From Verrucomicrobiales bacterium (GTDB lineage: Bacteria; Verrucomicrobiota; Verrucomicrobiia; Limisphaerales; JAYPXF01), in contig PBAL01000099.1 of NCBI GenBank assembly GCA_002715965.1, forward strand, positions 65,749 to 129,748: a stretch of DNA of 64,000 bases, written 5' to 3'. This document shows positions 27,905 to 36,058 of the stretch, in pieces. The translations under genes and the position numbers were made by a program. The notes beneath the pieces are model-generated. The model was given only the letters and a program-made list of their open reading frames with translations. It was not told the DNA's origin and searched no databases. Positions within the stretch are counted from its first letter, which is position 1, and each line of letters begins with the position of its first letter.

Positions 27905-28542
27905 GATTTCTGTGAGAAACGGTCGTTGGTAAAGGGATCGGCGGTGTTCGAATAGCCACGGCGTTCCCAGTAGCCGGGCTCATCGGTCTCAGAAAAGCGG
28001 AGTTCGCGAATCCATTTGGCACTCTTCCAAGCGTAGAGCTTGGGAACCATCACGCGCGCCGGTCCGCCATGCTCGCGACTCAAGGGTTCGCCTTCAAACG
28101 AATGCGCGATCATTACGTCGTCGTCGAGCATCGCGTCGAGCGTGAGGTTCGTCGTGTAGCCGTCATAACTCTGCATGATGACATGCTTCGCGCATTCCTT
28201 CGGCTTGACCAGTTCGGCGATGGTAAAGAACGCAACTCCGGAGAACTTCATGTCGAACTGGCTCCAGGTGGTCACGCAATGGATGTCGCATACGTCGGTG
28301 AACTTCGGCAGCTTGGAAAACTCATCCCAATTCAATTCCACCGGATTCTCCACCTCGCCATGGATCTTCAGCTTCCAGTTGGAATCATCCAGGTCGGGTT
28401 TGATGCCAAGGTCGAGGACGGGAAAATCCTTCACCTCGTGTTGGCCAGGAGGCATGCGTTCACCGCTGCGTTCGACGCGGACGTCCTTCCCGGACATCTT
28501 CCGCGCCCATCGTTCCTTGCGAGTGTTCAAGTCATCGGGCAC
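27901..28542 (-). CDS. Sulfite-oxidase-fold molybdopterin oxidoreductase (small cytoplasmic SUOX-like type)
   Basis: 213 aa. PPGQHEVKDFPVLDLG...CVTTWS...GGPARVMVPKLYAWKSAKWI...GYWE follows the Moco-binding-domain pattern. No signal peptide. Confidence 0.85.
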   Translation of the reverse strand: MPDDLNTRKERWARKMSGKDVRVERSGERMPPGQHEVKDFPVLDLGIKPDLDDSNWKLKIHGEVENPVELNWDEFSKLPKFTDVCDIHCVTTWSQFDMKFSGVAFFTIAELVKPKECAKHVIMQSYDGYTTNLTLDAMLDDDVMIAHSFEGEPLSREHGGPARVMVPKLYAWKSAKWIRELRFSETDEPGYWERRGYSNTADPFTNDRFSQKS

Positions 28543-28624
28543 TGGCGGACCTTATCGTGTGTGCGAATTAAGACAAAGATGAAGGCAACGATTAAGAGTC
28601 ACTCTTGGCCAGCCCTCCATCGAG

Positions 28625-30055
28625 CTACTGAGTCGTCCAAGGCGCTCGGGCGTTCTTCTCGATCTCCGCATCGAGTGCCTTCATGCGCGCGTTCAACTTT
28701 TCCACGAGTTTGGGTTTTGCCGACGCGAGATTGTTCTGTTCGCCGATGTCGGCGCTCAGATCAAACAGGAACACTTGTGGCTTCGGGGTCGGGCGCTTCT
28801 TGTTCTTCGCATTGCGACGGTTGCGTGGTTGCCGCGGCTTCTTGACCAACAGTTTCCATTTCCCTTGGCGAATGCCTTCGATTACCCCGCGTGACGTGTA
28901 GTGGAGGAATTCGCTTCGCGGGGTCCTGGCTTTTGGATCCCTCAGCAGCGCCGAGGCGTCCATGCCGTCGATTTTCTTTCCTTTCGGCAGCTTGGATCCG
29001 GTGAGCGAGGCGATCGTCGGCAACATATCGATCGTGCCGACCAATTGGCTGCACTCGGTGCCGGCTGGAATGCGGCCGGGTCCCCACATGACGCAGGGCA
29101 CACGCTGGCCGCCTTCAAAGGTCGTTCCCTTGCCATCACGCAGAGGGCCTGCCGAGCCGCCGTGATGCTTGAAACTCAACCATGGCCCATTGTCGGTGGT
29201 GTAGATGACGTAGGTGTTCTTCGACAATCCCAGCTTGCGGATTGTTTGCATGATGCGACCGACTTCCGCGTCGATATGCTCGATCACGTTGACGTAGGCG
29301 TTGAGCGGATTCGGATCGCGAACGTCATCCGGAACATAGAGCGGAATGTGCGGCATGGAGTGCGGGACGTAGAGGAAGAACGGCTTTTCCTGGTTGTTCT
29401 CAATGAACTTCACCGCGCGATCGGTGTAGCGTCGGGTCACCGTGCGTTGATCCACCGGTAACTCAACGATCTTCTCGTTCTCGATCAAAGGCGTCTTCCA
29501 CTTGGTGAGCGTGGATTCGGGATCGGCCCATAGTATGTCCATACCGTCCGGACCACCCTTGGGCTTGCCCTTGTTGTCCGGGTGATTCATGTCGTTGGAG
29601 TAGGGAATCCCATAATACATGTCGAAGCCGTTGGCGCGTGGAAGAACTTCCGGATGGTGTCCCAGATGCCACTTGCCAAAACATGCGGTCGCGTAGCCGA
29701 GGGACTTCAGGTGATCCGCGATCGTGTGTTCATCCGGATTCAGTCCCTTCTTCGAGGCCGGAAACAGCACGTGTTGATGCATGCCCACGCGCTTCGGATA
29801 GCAGCCGGTCAGCAGTGCGGCGCGCGAAGGCGTGCACACCGGTGAAGCCACCATGAAGTTGGTGAAGCGCATCCCTTCTTTCGCCATACGATCGATGTTC
29901 GGCGTCCTGATCTTCTTCGAACCGAAACAACCCAGGTCCCCATAGCCCTGGTCATCCGCAAAGATGATCACGAAATTGGGCCGGTCATTCGCCAACGCGG
30001 AAAGAGGCAATAACATGAACGCGCCGACCAACAGCGCCAGGAGAATTCTTTGCAT
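28625..30055 (-). CDS. Exported arylsulfatase (N-acetylgalactosamine-6-sulfatase-like)
   Basis: Start set at ATG 30055 (MQRILLALLVGAFMLL). PNFVIIFADDQGYGDLG is followed by the formylglycine motif CTPSRAALLTG. Confidence 0.9.
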   Translation of the reverse strand: MQRILLALLVGAFMLLPLSALANDRPNFVIIFADDQGYGDLGCFGSKKIRTPNIDRMAKEGMRFTNFMVASPVCTPSRAALLTGCYPKRVGMHQHVLFPASKKGLNPDEHTIADHLKSLGYATACFGKWHLGHHPEVLPRANGFDMYYGIPYSNDMNHPDNKGKPKGGPDGMDILWADPESTLTKWKTPLIENEKIVELPVDQRTVTRRYTDRAVKFIENNQEKPFFLYVPHSMPHIPLYVPDDVRDPNPLNAYVNVIEHIDAEVGRIMQTIRKLGLSKNTYVIYTTDNGPWLSFKHHGGSAGPLRDGKGTTFEGGQRVPCVMWGPGRIPAGTECSQLVGTIDMLPTIASLTGSKLPKGKKIDGMDASALLRDPKARTPRSEFLHYTSRGVIEGIRQGKWKLLVKKPRQPRNRRNAKNKKRPTPKPQVFLFDLSADIGEQNNLASAKPKLVEKLNARMKALDAEIEKNARAPWTTQ

Positions 30056-30174
30056 GCGCGGGATAAAACGCGACGCCCCTTCCTTTTCCAATGAGAAACT
30101 GACATCGATCGACGCCAGCCGGCACCAAGTCGTCTCCGCTTGCGCATTCGAAGAGCCGCCCGCACAAACGGCAC

Positions 30175-30687
30175 ATGAGTTACATCATGGTCGACATCGA
30201 GGCCGATGGTCCGGTTCCCGGGGATTACTCAATGGTTTGTTTTGGCGCGGTATTGGTTGAGGAGCCACTTGACCGGGAATTCTACGGCCGACTCACGCCG
30301 ATTTCCGAAAAGTGGATTCCCGATGCGCTGGCAGTCAGTGGATTCAGCCGGGAAGAGAGCATGCAGTTCGATGATCCAAAGGAGGTGATGGAACAATTCA
30401 GGGGATGGCTTGCGAACACGGGAAAGGGCCGGCCGATGTTTGTGTCCGACAACAACGGCTTCGACTGGCAGTTCATCAATTGGTACTTCCACCATTTCCT
30501 CGGTGAAAACCCCTTCGGTTTCAGCTCGACCAATCTCGGTTCGCTCTACAAGGGCGTGGTGCGGGACGTGTTCAAGAACTTCAAGCACCTGCGCAAGATC
30601 CGGCACACGCATCATCCGGTCGACGATGCGCGGGGCAATGCGGAAGCAATGCTGGCCATGAAGCGCGAGTTTGATCTGAAGATGTGA
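30175..30687 (+). CDS. DEDDh-type 3'-5' exonuclease domain protein
   Basis: The motifs MVDIEADG, SDNNGFDWQF and HHPVDDA match Exo I/II/III of the DnaQ/RNase T superfamily. Confidence 0.75.
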   Translation: MSYIMVDIEADGPVPGDYSMVCFGAVLVEEPLDREFYGRLTPISEKWIPDALAVSGFSREESMQFDDPKEVMEQFRGWLANTGKGRPMFVSDNNGFDWQFINWYFHHFLGENPFGFSSTNLGSLYKGVVRDVFKNFKHLRKIRHTHHPVDDARGNAEAMLAMKREFDLKM

Positions 30688-30733
30688 TCCTGTCCGCTTG
30701 ACCCCGAAGCGATTTGCCGCCAAACAGGTGGGC

Positions 30734-31840
30734 ATGAGACCGGCGCGTTACTCCGTATTTCTAATAATCCTTTTCGCTGCGTTTTCCTTCGCGGACAGCG
30801 TCCGTGCTTGCTCCGTCCCGGTCTTTCGATACGCGCTGGAGCACTGGACGCCAGATGCCTACGAGGCACTGGTCTTTCATCGGGGTGAACTCGATGCGGA
30901 TTCACAGGCTCTCATCAAACGATTGACCCGCGAGGAGAGCGGAACGCGTGCCAATGTGTCGGTGATGACGATCGATCTCGCCGGCGACCAGGCTGCGAAG
31001 TGGCAACCGGTCTGGAAAAGCTTCAAGGCGGACAAGTTGCCATGGATTGCGGTTCGGCCCGCGCCGCGAACCGGCATCACCACCCTATTGACGTCCGAGG
31101 CGTTGACCGAAGGCCTCGTTGATCACCTGCTCGACTCACCTGCTCGGCGGGACTACCGCGCCCGATTGGCCGCTGGCGACAGTGCGGTTTGGATTCTAGT
31201 GGAGAGCGGAAACGCGGAGGCGGACAACGCAGCTGCCACCGCATTGGATCAACGCATCAATTACCTTAATTCCGTGCTCAAGGTGCCCGAACTCAGTGAC
31301 GAGGATGTCGCCAACGGTCTGGTTTCCATTTCATCAGATGATTTGAAGCTGCAATTCTCCACGCTCCGTGTTTCCCGTGCAGATGCGGCCGAGCGACTGT
31401 TCGTGAAGATGCTGCTCGGCGTGGAAAGCGACCTCGGCGAGCTGAACGATCCGATGGTTTTTCCCGTGTTCGGTCAAGGGCGCGCCCTCTATGCATTGGT
31501 TGGTGCCGGCATCAACGACGAGACCATCGACATGGCCGGGATCTTTTTGAGCGGCAAATGTTCCTGTGAGGTGAAGGAAGAGAACCCCGGCCTGGATCTG
31601 CTGATGACCGCGAATTGGAAGCAGATTTCCAAACTGCCCGGCAAGAGAGACCAACGACCTGCTCAATCTGATTCCAAACCACAGAACAGCGGGGCGCCCG
31701 AAATGGTGAAAATCAGTGCGGTTGAATCGGAGGAATTGGAGGATGAAGTCGGGGAAGTCCAAGGAACAGGAAGACGCTTTGGAATTGTTCCCTTCATCCT
31801 GCTGTTCGCCAGCTTGGTTTTTGTTTTTCGGAAGGCCTAA
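30734..31840 (+). CDS. Conserved-looking hypothetical exported protein with a C-terminal TM anchor (CSVPVFRYALEHW family)
   Basis: Start set at ATG 30734. The signal peptide ends ...ADSVRA and is directly followed by CSVPVFRYALEHW. There is a second Cys pair (GKCSCEV) and a terminal TM helix (FGIVPFILLFASLVFVF). Confidence 0.7.
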   Translation: MRPARYSVFLIILFAAFSFADSVRACSVPVFRYALEHWTPDAYEALVFHRGELDADSQALIKRLTREESGTRANVSVMTIDLAGDQAAKWQPVWKSFKADKLPWIAVRPAPRTGITTLLTSEALTEGLVDHLLDSPARRDYRARLAAGDSAVWILVESGNAEADNAAATALDQRINYLNSVLKVPELSDEDVANGLVSISSDDLKLQFSTLRVSRADAAERLFVKMLLGVESDLGELNDPMVFPVFGQGRALYALVGAGINDETIDMAGIFLSGKCSCEVKEENPGLDLLMTANWKQISKLPGKRDQRPAQSDSKPQNSGAPEMVKISAVESEELEDEVGEVQGTGRRFGIVPFILLFASLVFVFRKA

Positions 31841-32682
31841 CGCGTCTCCTCGTCCACCAGCTCCCACCAATCTGCGTGCAGTTCGCGCGTGAGCTCGTGA
31901 ATGGGGACAATCATCTGATCCACCCGTCCAATCTCGATGATGCCCATCGATGATACACTGAGGAACGCGCCGTCTGCGCTGGCCAGGTTCTGCAATGTTC
32001 CATCCTCTTCCGCGATCTGCCGGTCGTGTCGATCGCAGAGGCGCAGCACGATGTCGCGCGTGATCCCAGGGAGCGCACCCGCTGAGGCAGGAGGTGTGCA
32101 AACTGTATTGCCGTCGATCCAGAAAAGGTTGGCACAGGTCGCTTCGACCAGGTTTTCAGCCAAGTTGAGGAAGAGAGCGTCGTCGTATCCCAGTTGCTCC
32201 GCTTCTGCTTTCGCCAGAACGTTGTGCAGGCGATTGGAAGTTTTGTGACCAAGTATTGGATCTTCCTGATTCAGGCGGATCGAACTGGTGTGCAAACGCC
32301 AGGGAATTGGATGTCCCGGAATGATCTCCGGTGCTTCCGAAAGAGAAACGACGAAGGTCGGTGAATCCGCTCCACTCGGTGAATACCCCCTCTTTCCAAC
32401 TCCTCTGGACAAGGCGATACGCGCCATGGCGTCGCGCAGGTCGCACTCGGCCACGAGTTCGTCGAGCTGATCTTCCAACTGGCTTTCGGTAAACGGAAGT
32501 TTGATTCCCAGGAACTCCGCCCCGGCCTGCAATCGTGCATAGTGCGACTTTGCCCGGAACGGTGCTCCGTTTCGAACCCTCAAGGTCTCGAACAATCCAT
32601 CCCCATAGCAAAACCCGCGATCCGCCACGGAGACCGTCGCTTCCTCGTCCGAACACAATTTACCGTTCAGAATTACCGGCAC
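31837..32682 (-). CDS. Class IV PLP aminotransferase / aminodeoxychorismate lyase-like
   Basis: DRGFCYGDGLFETLRV at the N-terminus and 281 aa in length. Its stop overlaps the stop of the convergent gene by 3 nt. Confidence 0.85.
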   Translation of the reverse strand: MPVILNGKLCSDEEATVSVADRGFCYGDGLFETLRVRNGAPFRAKSHYARLQAGAEFLGIKLPFTESQLEDQLDELVAECDLRDAMARIALSRGVGKRGYSPSGADSPTFVVSLSEAPEIIPGHPIPWRLHTSSIRLNQEDPILGHKTSNRLHNVLAKAEAEQLGYDDALFLNLAENLVEATCANLFWIDGNTVCTPPASAGALPGITRDIVLRLCDRHDRQIAEEDGTLQNLASADGAFLSVSSMGIIEIGRVDQMIVPIHELTRELHADWWELVDEETR

Positions 32683-32839
32683 GGCGGAGGTGTAGCAGGG
32701 AGCGGGAAAGCATCAAGCTTCGATCTTCCCAAGCTGCGTCCATCACCTGGCCCTCTCACACACAACCTTGCCTGTGCCGCATGTTTGTGGCATCCCTCGC
32801 TGCGTTCATCATGCTTGGCGCGTGGGCACCGCAATCGGC

Positions 32840-32953
32840 TATCGCTTCACGCGGCACATCCAGGCCAAGGCGCAATACAGCTACAACCACCAGTCCGGCG
32901 CGTTCCAACAGGGGGAACAACTCCTTGCAGGTCAGTTGACCCTGCGATTCTGA
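32840..32953 (+). pseudogene. Possible relic of an outer-membrane beta-barrel C-terminus
   Basis: It ends ...GYRFTRHIQAKAQYSYNHQSGAFQQGEQLLAGQLTLRF-stop. This is an alternating beta-strand pattern with a terminal Phe, typical of the last OMP strands. There is no upstream coding continuation. Confidence 0.3.
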
Positions 32954-33646
32954 TCAGAGGGTCTTGATGAAATCGTCCGCGCTCTTGATGGACGCGTTCA
33001 TGTCATCGATGAGCTTGCCGATCTCACCCTGAATGTTCAGGGCCTCACCCTTTAGTGACGCGATTGCCGCGGCATTCAGGTTGTGTTTGAGGAAGGTGAC
33101 GTGCTCTTTGAATTTCTGCAGCACCGGCCCCATGCTTGTCTCCGCTTTCTTCAAGGAGCTCACCATGGTTTGGTAACGCCCGCGGGTATCAACCAGGAGT
33201 TTCTTGCTCTTGACCTTGAGGGACATGGTCTTGATTTCCTCAAGCTCCGATTCCCATTCCTTGAACAGATCATTGGCGACGGTCTCCACGGATTCGATCC
33301 TGTCCTTCACGGTTGCCGCGGTCTCGGCTGCTGATTCGTACTTGGAATTCAATTCCTTGTATTGCTTGCCCAGTTCACCGCCGTCGTAGGAATAGATCTC
33401 GCGGAGTTTCGTCAGCGCGTCCTTGAACTCCTCGCCCGTTTCCTTCTGTTCGTCACGCGCCTGGGTGACCTTCTTCTTCAGGATGTCGCGCTTGTGGACG
33501 CCAAAGGTGCCGACCGTCGCGTAGTAAGCGGAACGGTAAGCCGAGGAAGCAGCATCACTGACCGTCTGACAACCGGTTTGCGACACCACAATGCTGGAAA
33601 GAACTGCTATAAGGAAAAGTTGTCGGAGGGCGTGCGAAACGCGCAT
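32954..33646 (-). CDS. DUF2959 family lipoprotein
   Basis: Lipobox present (VVSQTGC). SAYYATVGTFGVHKRDILKKKVTQARDEQKE...FLKHNLNAAAIASLKGE matches the DUF2959 pattern as I remember it. Confidence 0.8.
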   Translation of the reverse strand: MRVSHALRQLFLIAVLSSIVVSQTGCQTVSDAASSAYRSAYYATVGTFGVHKRDILKKKVTQARDEQKETGEEFKDALTKLREIYSYDGGELGKQYKELNSKYESAAETAATVKDRIESVETVANDLFKEWESELEEIKTMSLKVKSKKLLVDTRGRYQTMVSSLKKAETSMGPVLQKFKEHVTFLKHNLNAAAIASLKGEALNIQGEIGKLIDDMNASIKSADDFIKTL

Positions 33647-33745
33647 GGCCGGATCATTGAAGAATTCCAGCGCAGGTCAAATAAAACCCGGTGAACGAGA
33701 ATCGATTCACGGTTTCACAAGACTGCATCCTCAGTTTTTCGTGAT

Positions 33746-34642
33746 CTATTCGACGCAGCGGATCACTCCCGATCCAACTTCCGCACACTCTCCACCGACG
33801 AATACGCCGGTGATCGTATCGCCTTTGCCCTCGATGCGCACATCGATTCGGCTGGGCCGACCGAGTTCCAACCCTTGCTCGCTGACCAGCCGTCCGCCCT
33901 CCAGCAATCCGTGCTTGAAAAAATAACTGCCGAGCGGTCCGTGCGCGCTGCCGGTGGCCGGATCTTCCGGAACTCCAAATCGTGGCGCGAACATGCGGCA
34001 ATGCACATCGGCACCTGAAGAGGGATCGCGTGAAAACACAAACGCCTCCCGGCAATCGAGTTCCGCGCAGGCATCGTCAAGAACGTCCGTGCGGATGGCA
34101 GCTCGAGCCACCGCCTCTTCCGAGGTTACGGGAACGAGCATGTAGGGCACGCCACAGGAAACGATCTCCACGGGCAAATCAGGGTCCAGATCGGACGTCT
34201 CCAGCGAGACAGCTTTCGCTGCGATGTTGCGATCCAACTCCCGAACGAATTCCGGAAGCGGCTGGCACATCGTCAGCCCGGTGGGTGGGTTCGTCCCGTA
34301 TGTGAAGTCAACGCGCACCGGCCCAACGCCTTCATCGAACATCAGAAACCGATCGTTCCGTGGCGCCAACACGTTGTGCCGCAGGATTACGCAAGCCGTT
34401 CCGATGGTGGGATGACCCGCCATCGGAAGTTCTCGCTGCGGGGTGAAGATGCGAACCGTGCAATCGCCCTGTGCTGATGTCGGTGCGCAAACGAAGGTGG
34501 TCTCCGATAGATTCAACTCGTTGGCAATGTTCTGCATCAATTCGGTCGACAAACCATCGCCTTCTGGAAAGACAGCCAGCGGATTGCCTCCGAAGGGCCG
34601 ATCTGTGAAGACATCCACTATGAAGTAATTCAGTTCCTTCAT
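33746..34642 (-). CDS. PhzF family isomerase
   Basis: FIVDVFTDRPFGGNPLAVF...NLSETTFV...GHPTIG are canonical PhzF motifs. Confidence 0.9.
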   Translation of the reverse strand: MKELNYFIVDVFTDRPFGGNPLAVFPEGDGLSTELMQNIANELNLSETTFVCAPTSAQGDCTVRIFTPQRELPMAGHPTIGTACVILRHNVLAPRNDRFLMFDEGVGPVRVDFTYGTNPPTGLTMCQPLPEFVRELDRNIAAKAVSLETSDLDPDLPVEIVSCGVPYMLVPVTSEEAVARAAIRTDVLDDACAELDCREAFVFSRDPSSGADVHCRMFAPRFGVPEDPATGSAHGPLGSYFFKHGLLEGGRLVSEQGLELGRPSRIDVRIEGKGDTITGVFVGGECAEVGSGVIRCVE

Positions 34643-34693
34643 GCCCCGCCCGTTTTCCGCGACCGGCGCGGCTCGTGCAAGCGTTGGGTTCGA

Positions 34694-36049
34694 CTAGGAC
34701 AGGATTTCGTGAACGACGTTTCCGTGCACATCTGTGAGACGGAAGTTTCGGCCGGCGTGGCGGTAGGTGAGGGCTTCGTGATCGATGCCGATCAGATGGA
34801 GAATGGTCGCCTGCAGGTCATGCACCCCGATGATGTTTTCAGCAGGCTTGTCGCCCAGTTCATCGCTGGAACCGTGGACGATGCCTCCCTTGATGCCCGC
34901 GCCGGCAATCCAGGAGCTGAATACACGCGAGTGATGGCCACGACCGGTGACGTTGGGATTCTGTTGATAGGGTGTGCGTCCGAATTCGGTTGCGAAGACG
35001 ATGAGCGTGTCTTCGAAGAGGCCACGTTGTTTCAAATCCTTCAACAGGCCGGCGATGGGTTTGTCGACGTTGCGTGAAAGCTGATTGTACTTGGACATGT
35101 TCGCGTGTGTGTCCCAGTTCGTGTCGATGTGTGTATCGCCATCGATGAGTTCGATGAATCGTACACCGCGTTCGGCCAGGCGCCGGGCGACCAGGCACTG
35201 CCAGCCGAAGCCCTTCGTGTCGCCCCGCTTGAGATCGTAGAGATCGTGAGTGGCATCGGTTTCATAACGGAGGTCAAAGGCTTCAGGCGCGGCGGTTTGC
35301 ATGCCGTAGGCCGTTTCGAAAGATTTGATGCGGGCCTTGAGATGGGTGTCGGATTCGCGCCCTTTCAAGTGTTGGCGGTTGAAGAACTTCAGGAGACCGA
35401 GTTCCTCATCCTGTTCCGAACGCGTAGGCAATCGGCGATGCATGTTCTTGATCGGTTCCTCGCCGGGAATGACCCGCGTGCCCTGATGAACAACAGGTAG
35501 GAAATCCGAGCCCCAGACCTGGCCGCCCGCATAAGGCAGTCCGGGAGAGATGACCATGAAGGCCGGCAGGTCCTTGTTCTCGGTCCCAAGTCCGTAACTG
35601 ATCCAGGAACCGATGCTTGGACGATTAAAGGTGTCCGAGCCGGTGTGCAGGCCGATCGTTGCACCGAAGTGATCGGCGTTGATGTTCTGCATGCCGTTCA
35701 GCATGCAGATGTCGTCCATCATCGAACCGATATGTGGAAACAGGTCGCTGACCTCCGTGCCGCATTGTCCGTACGGTCGAAACTCCCAACCCGCGCCCTT
35801 GTAGTAACGACGATTCTTGATCTTCTTGTTGTGCCGCGCATTGAGCACGGGCTTGTGATCGAAGGTATCCACATGGCTGATCCCGCCGTTCATGAACATG
35901 AAAATCACGCGCTTGGCCTTGGCTGGATACTGGAAGGGCTTCGGTGACAGAGGATCGGAATCGGCCGCGAGCAATTCGCTCAGCATGCCGGGCAGGAGAA
36001 GGCCGCTTCCGGCAAGGGATTGGATGACGTGTCGGCGGTTGGTTTTCAT
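34694..36049 (-). CDS. DUF1501 (sulfatase-fold) protein with a Tat-like signal
   Basis: MKTNRRHVIQSLAGSGLLL at the N-terminus, then FMFMNGGISHVDTFDHKP, ATEFGRTP and GRGHH. Confidence 0.9.
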   Translation of the reverse strand: MKTNRRHVIQSLAGSGLLLPGMLSELLAADSDPLSPKPFQYPAKAKRVIFMFMNGGISHVDTFDHKPVLNARHNKKIKNRRYYKGAGWEFRPYGQCGTEVSDLFPHIGSMMDDICMLNGMQNINADHFGATIGLHTGSDTFNRPSIGSWISYGLGTENKDLPAFMVISPGLPYAGGQVWGSDFLPVVHQGTRVIPGEEPIKNMHRRLPTRSEQDEELGLLKFFNRQHLKGRESDTHLKARIKSFETAYGMQTAAPEAFDLRYETDATHDLYDLKRGDTKGFGWQCLVARRLAERGVRFIELIDGDTHIDTNWDTHANMSKYNQLSRNVDKPIAGLLKDLKQRGLFEDTLIVFATEFGRTPYQQNPNVTGRGHHSRVFSSWIAGAGIKGGIVHGSSDELGDKPAENIIGVHDLQATILHLIGIDHEALTYRHAGRNFRLTDVHGNVVHEILS

Positions 36050-36058
36050 GGTTCGAAA

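Noticed and set aside
33690-33720. Possible sixth copy of the intergenic repeat (gaacgagaatcgattcacggtttcac)
   Set aside because: It shares only a short tcga/ggtttca core with the family. That is too weak to call without a genome-wide model.
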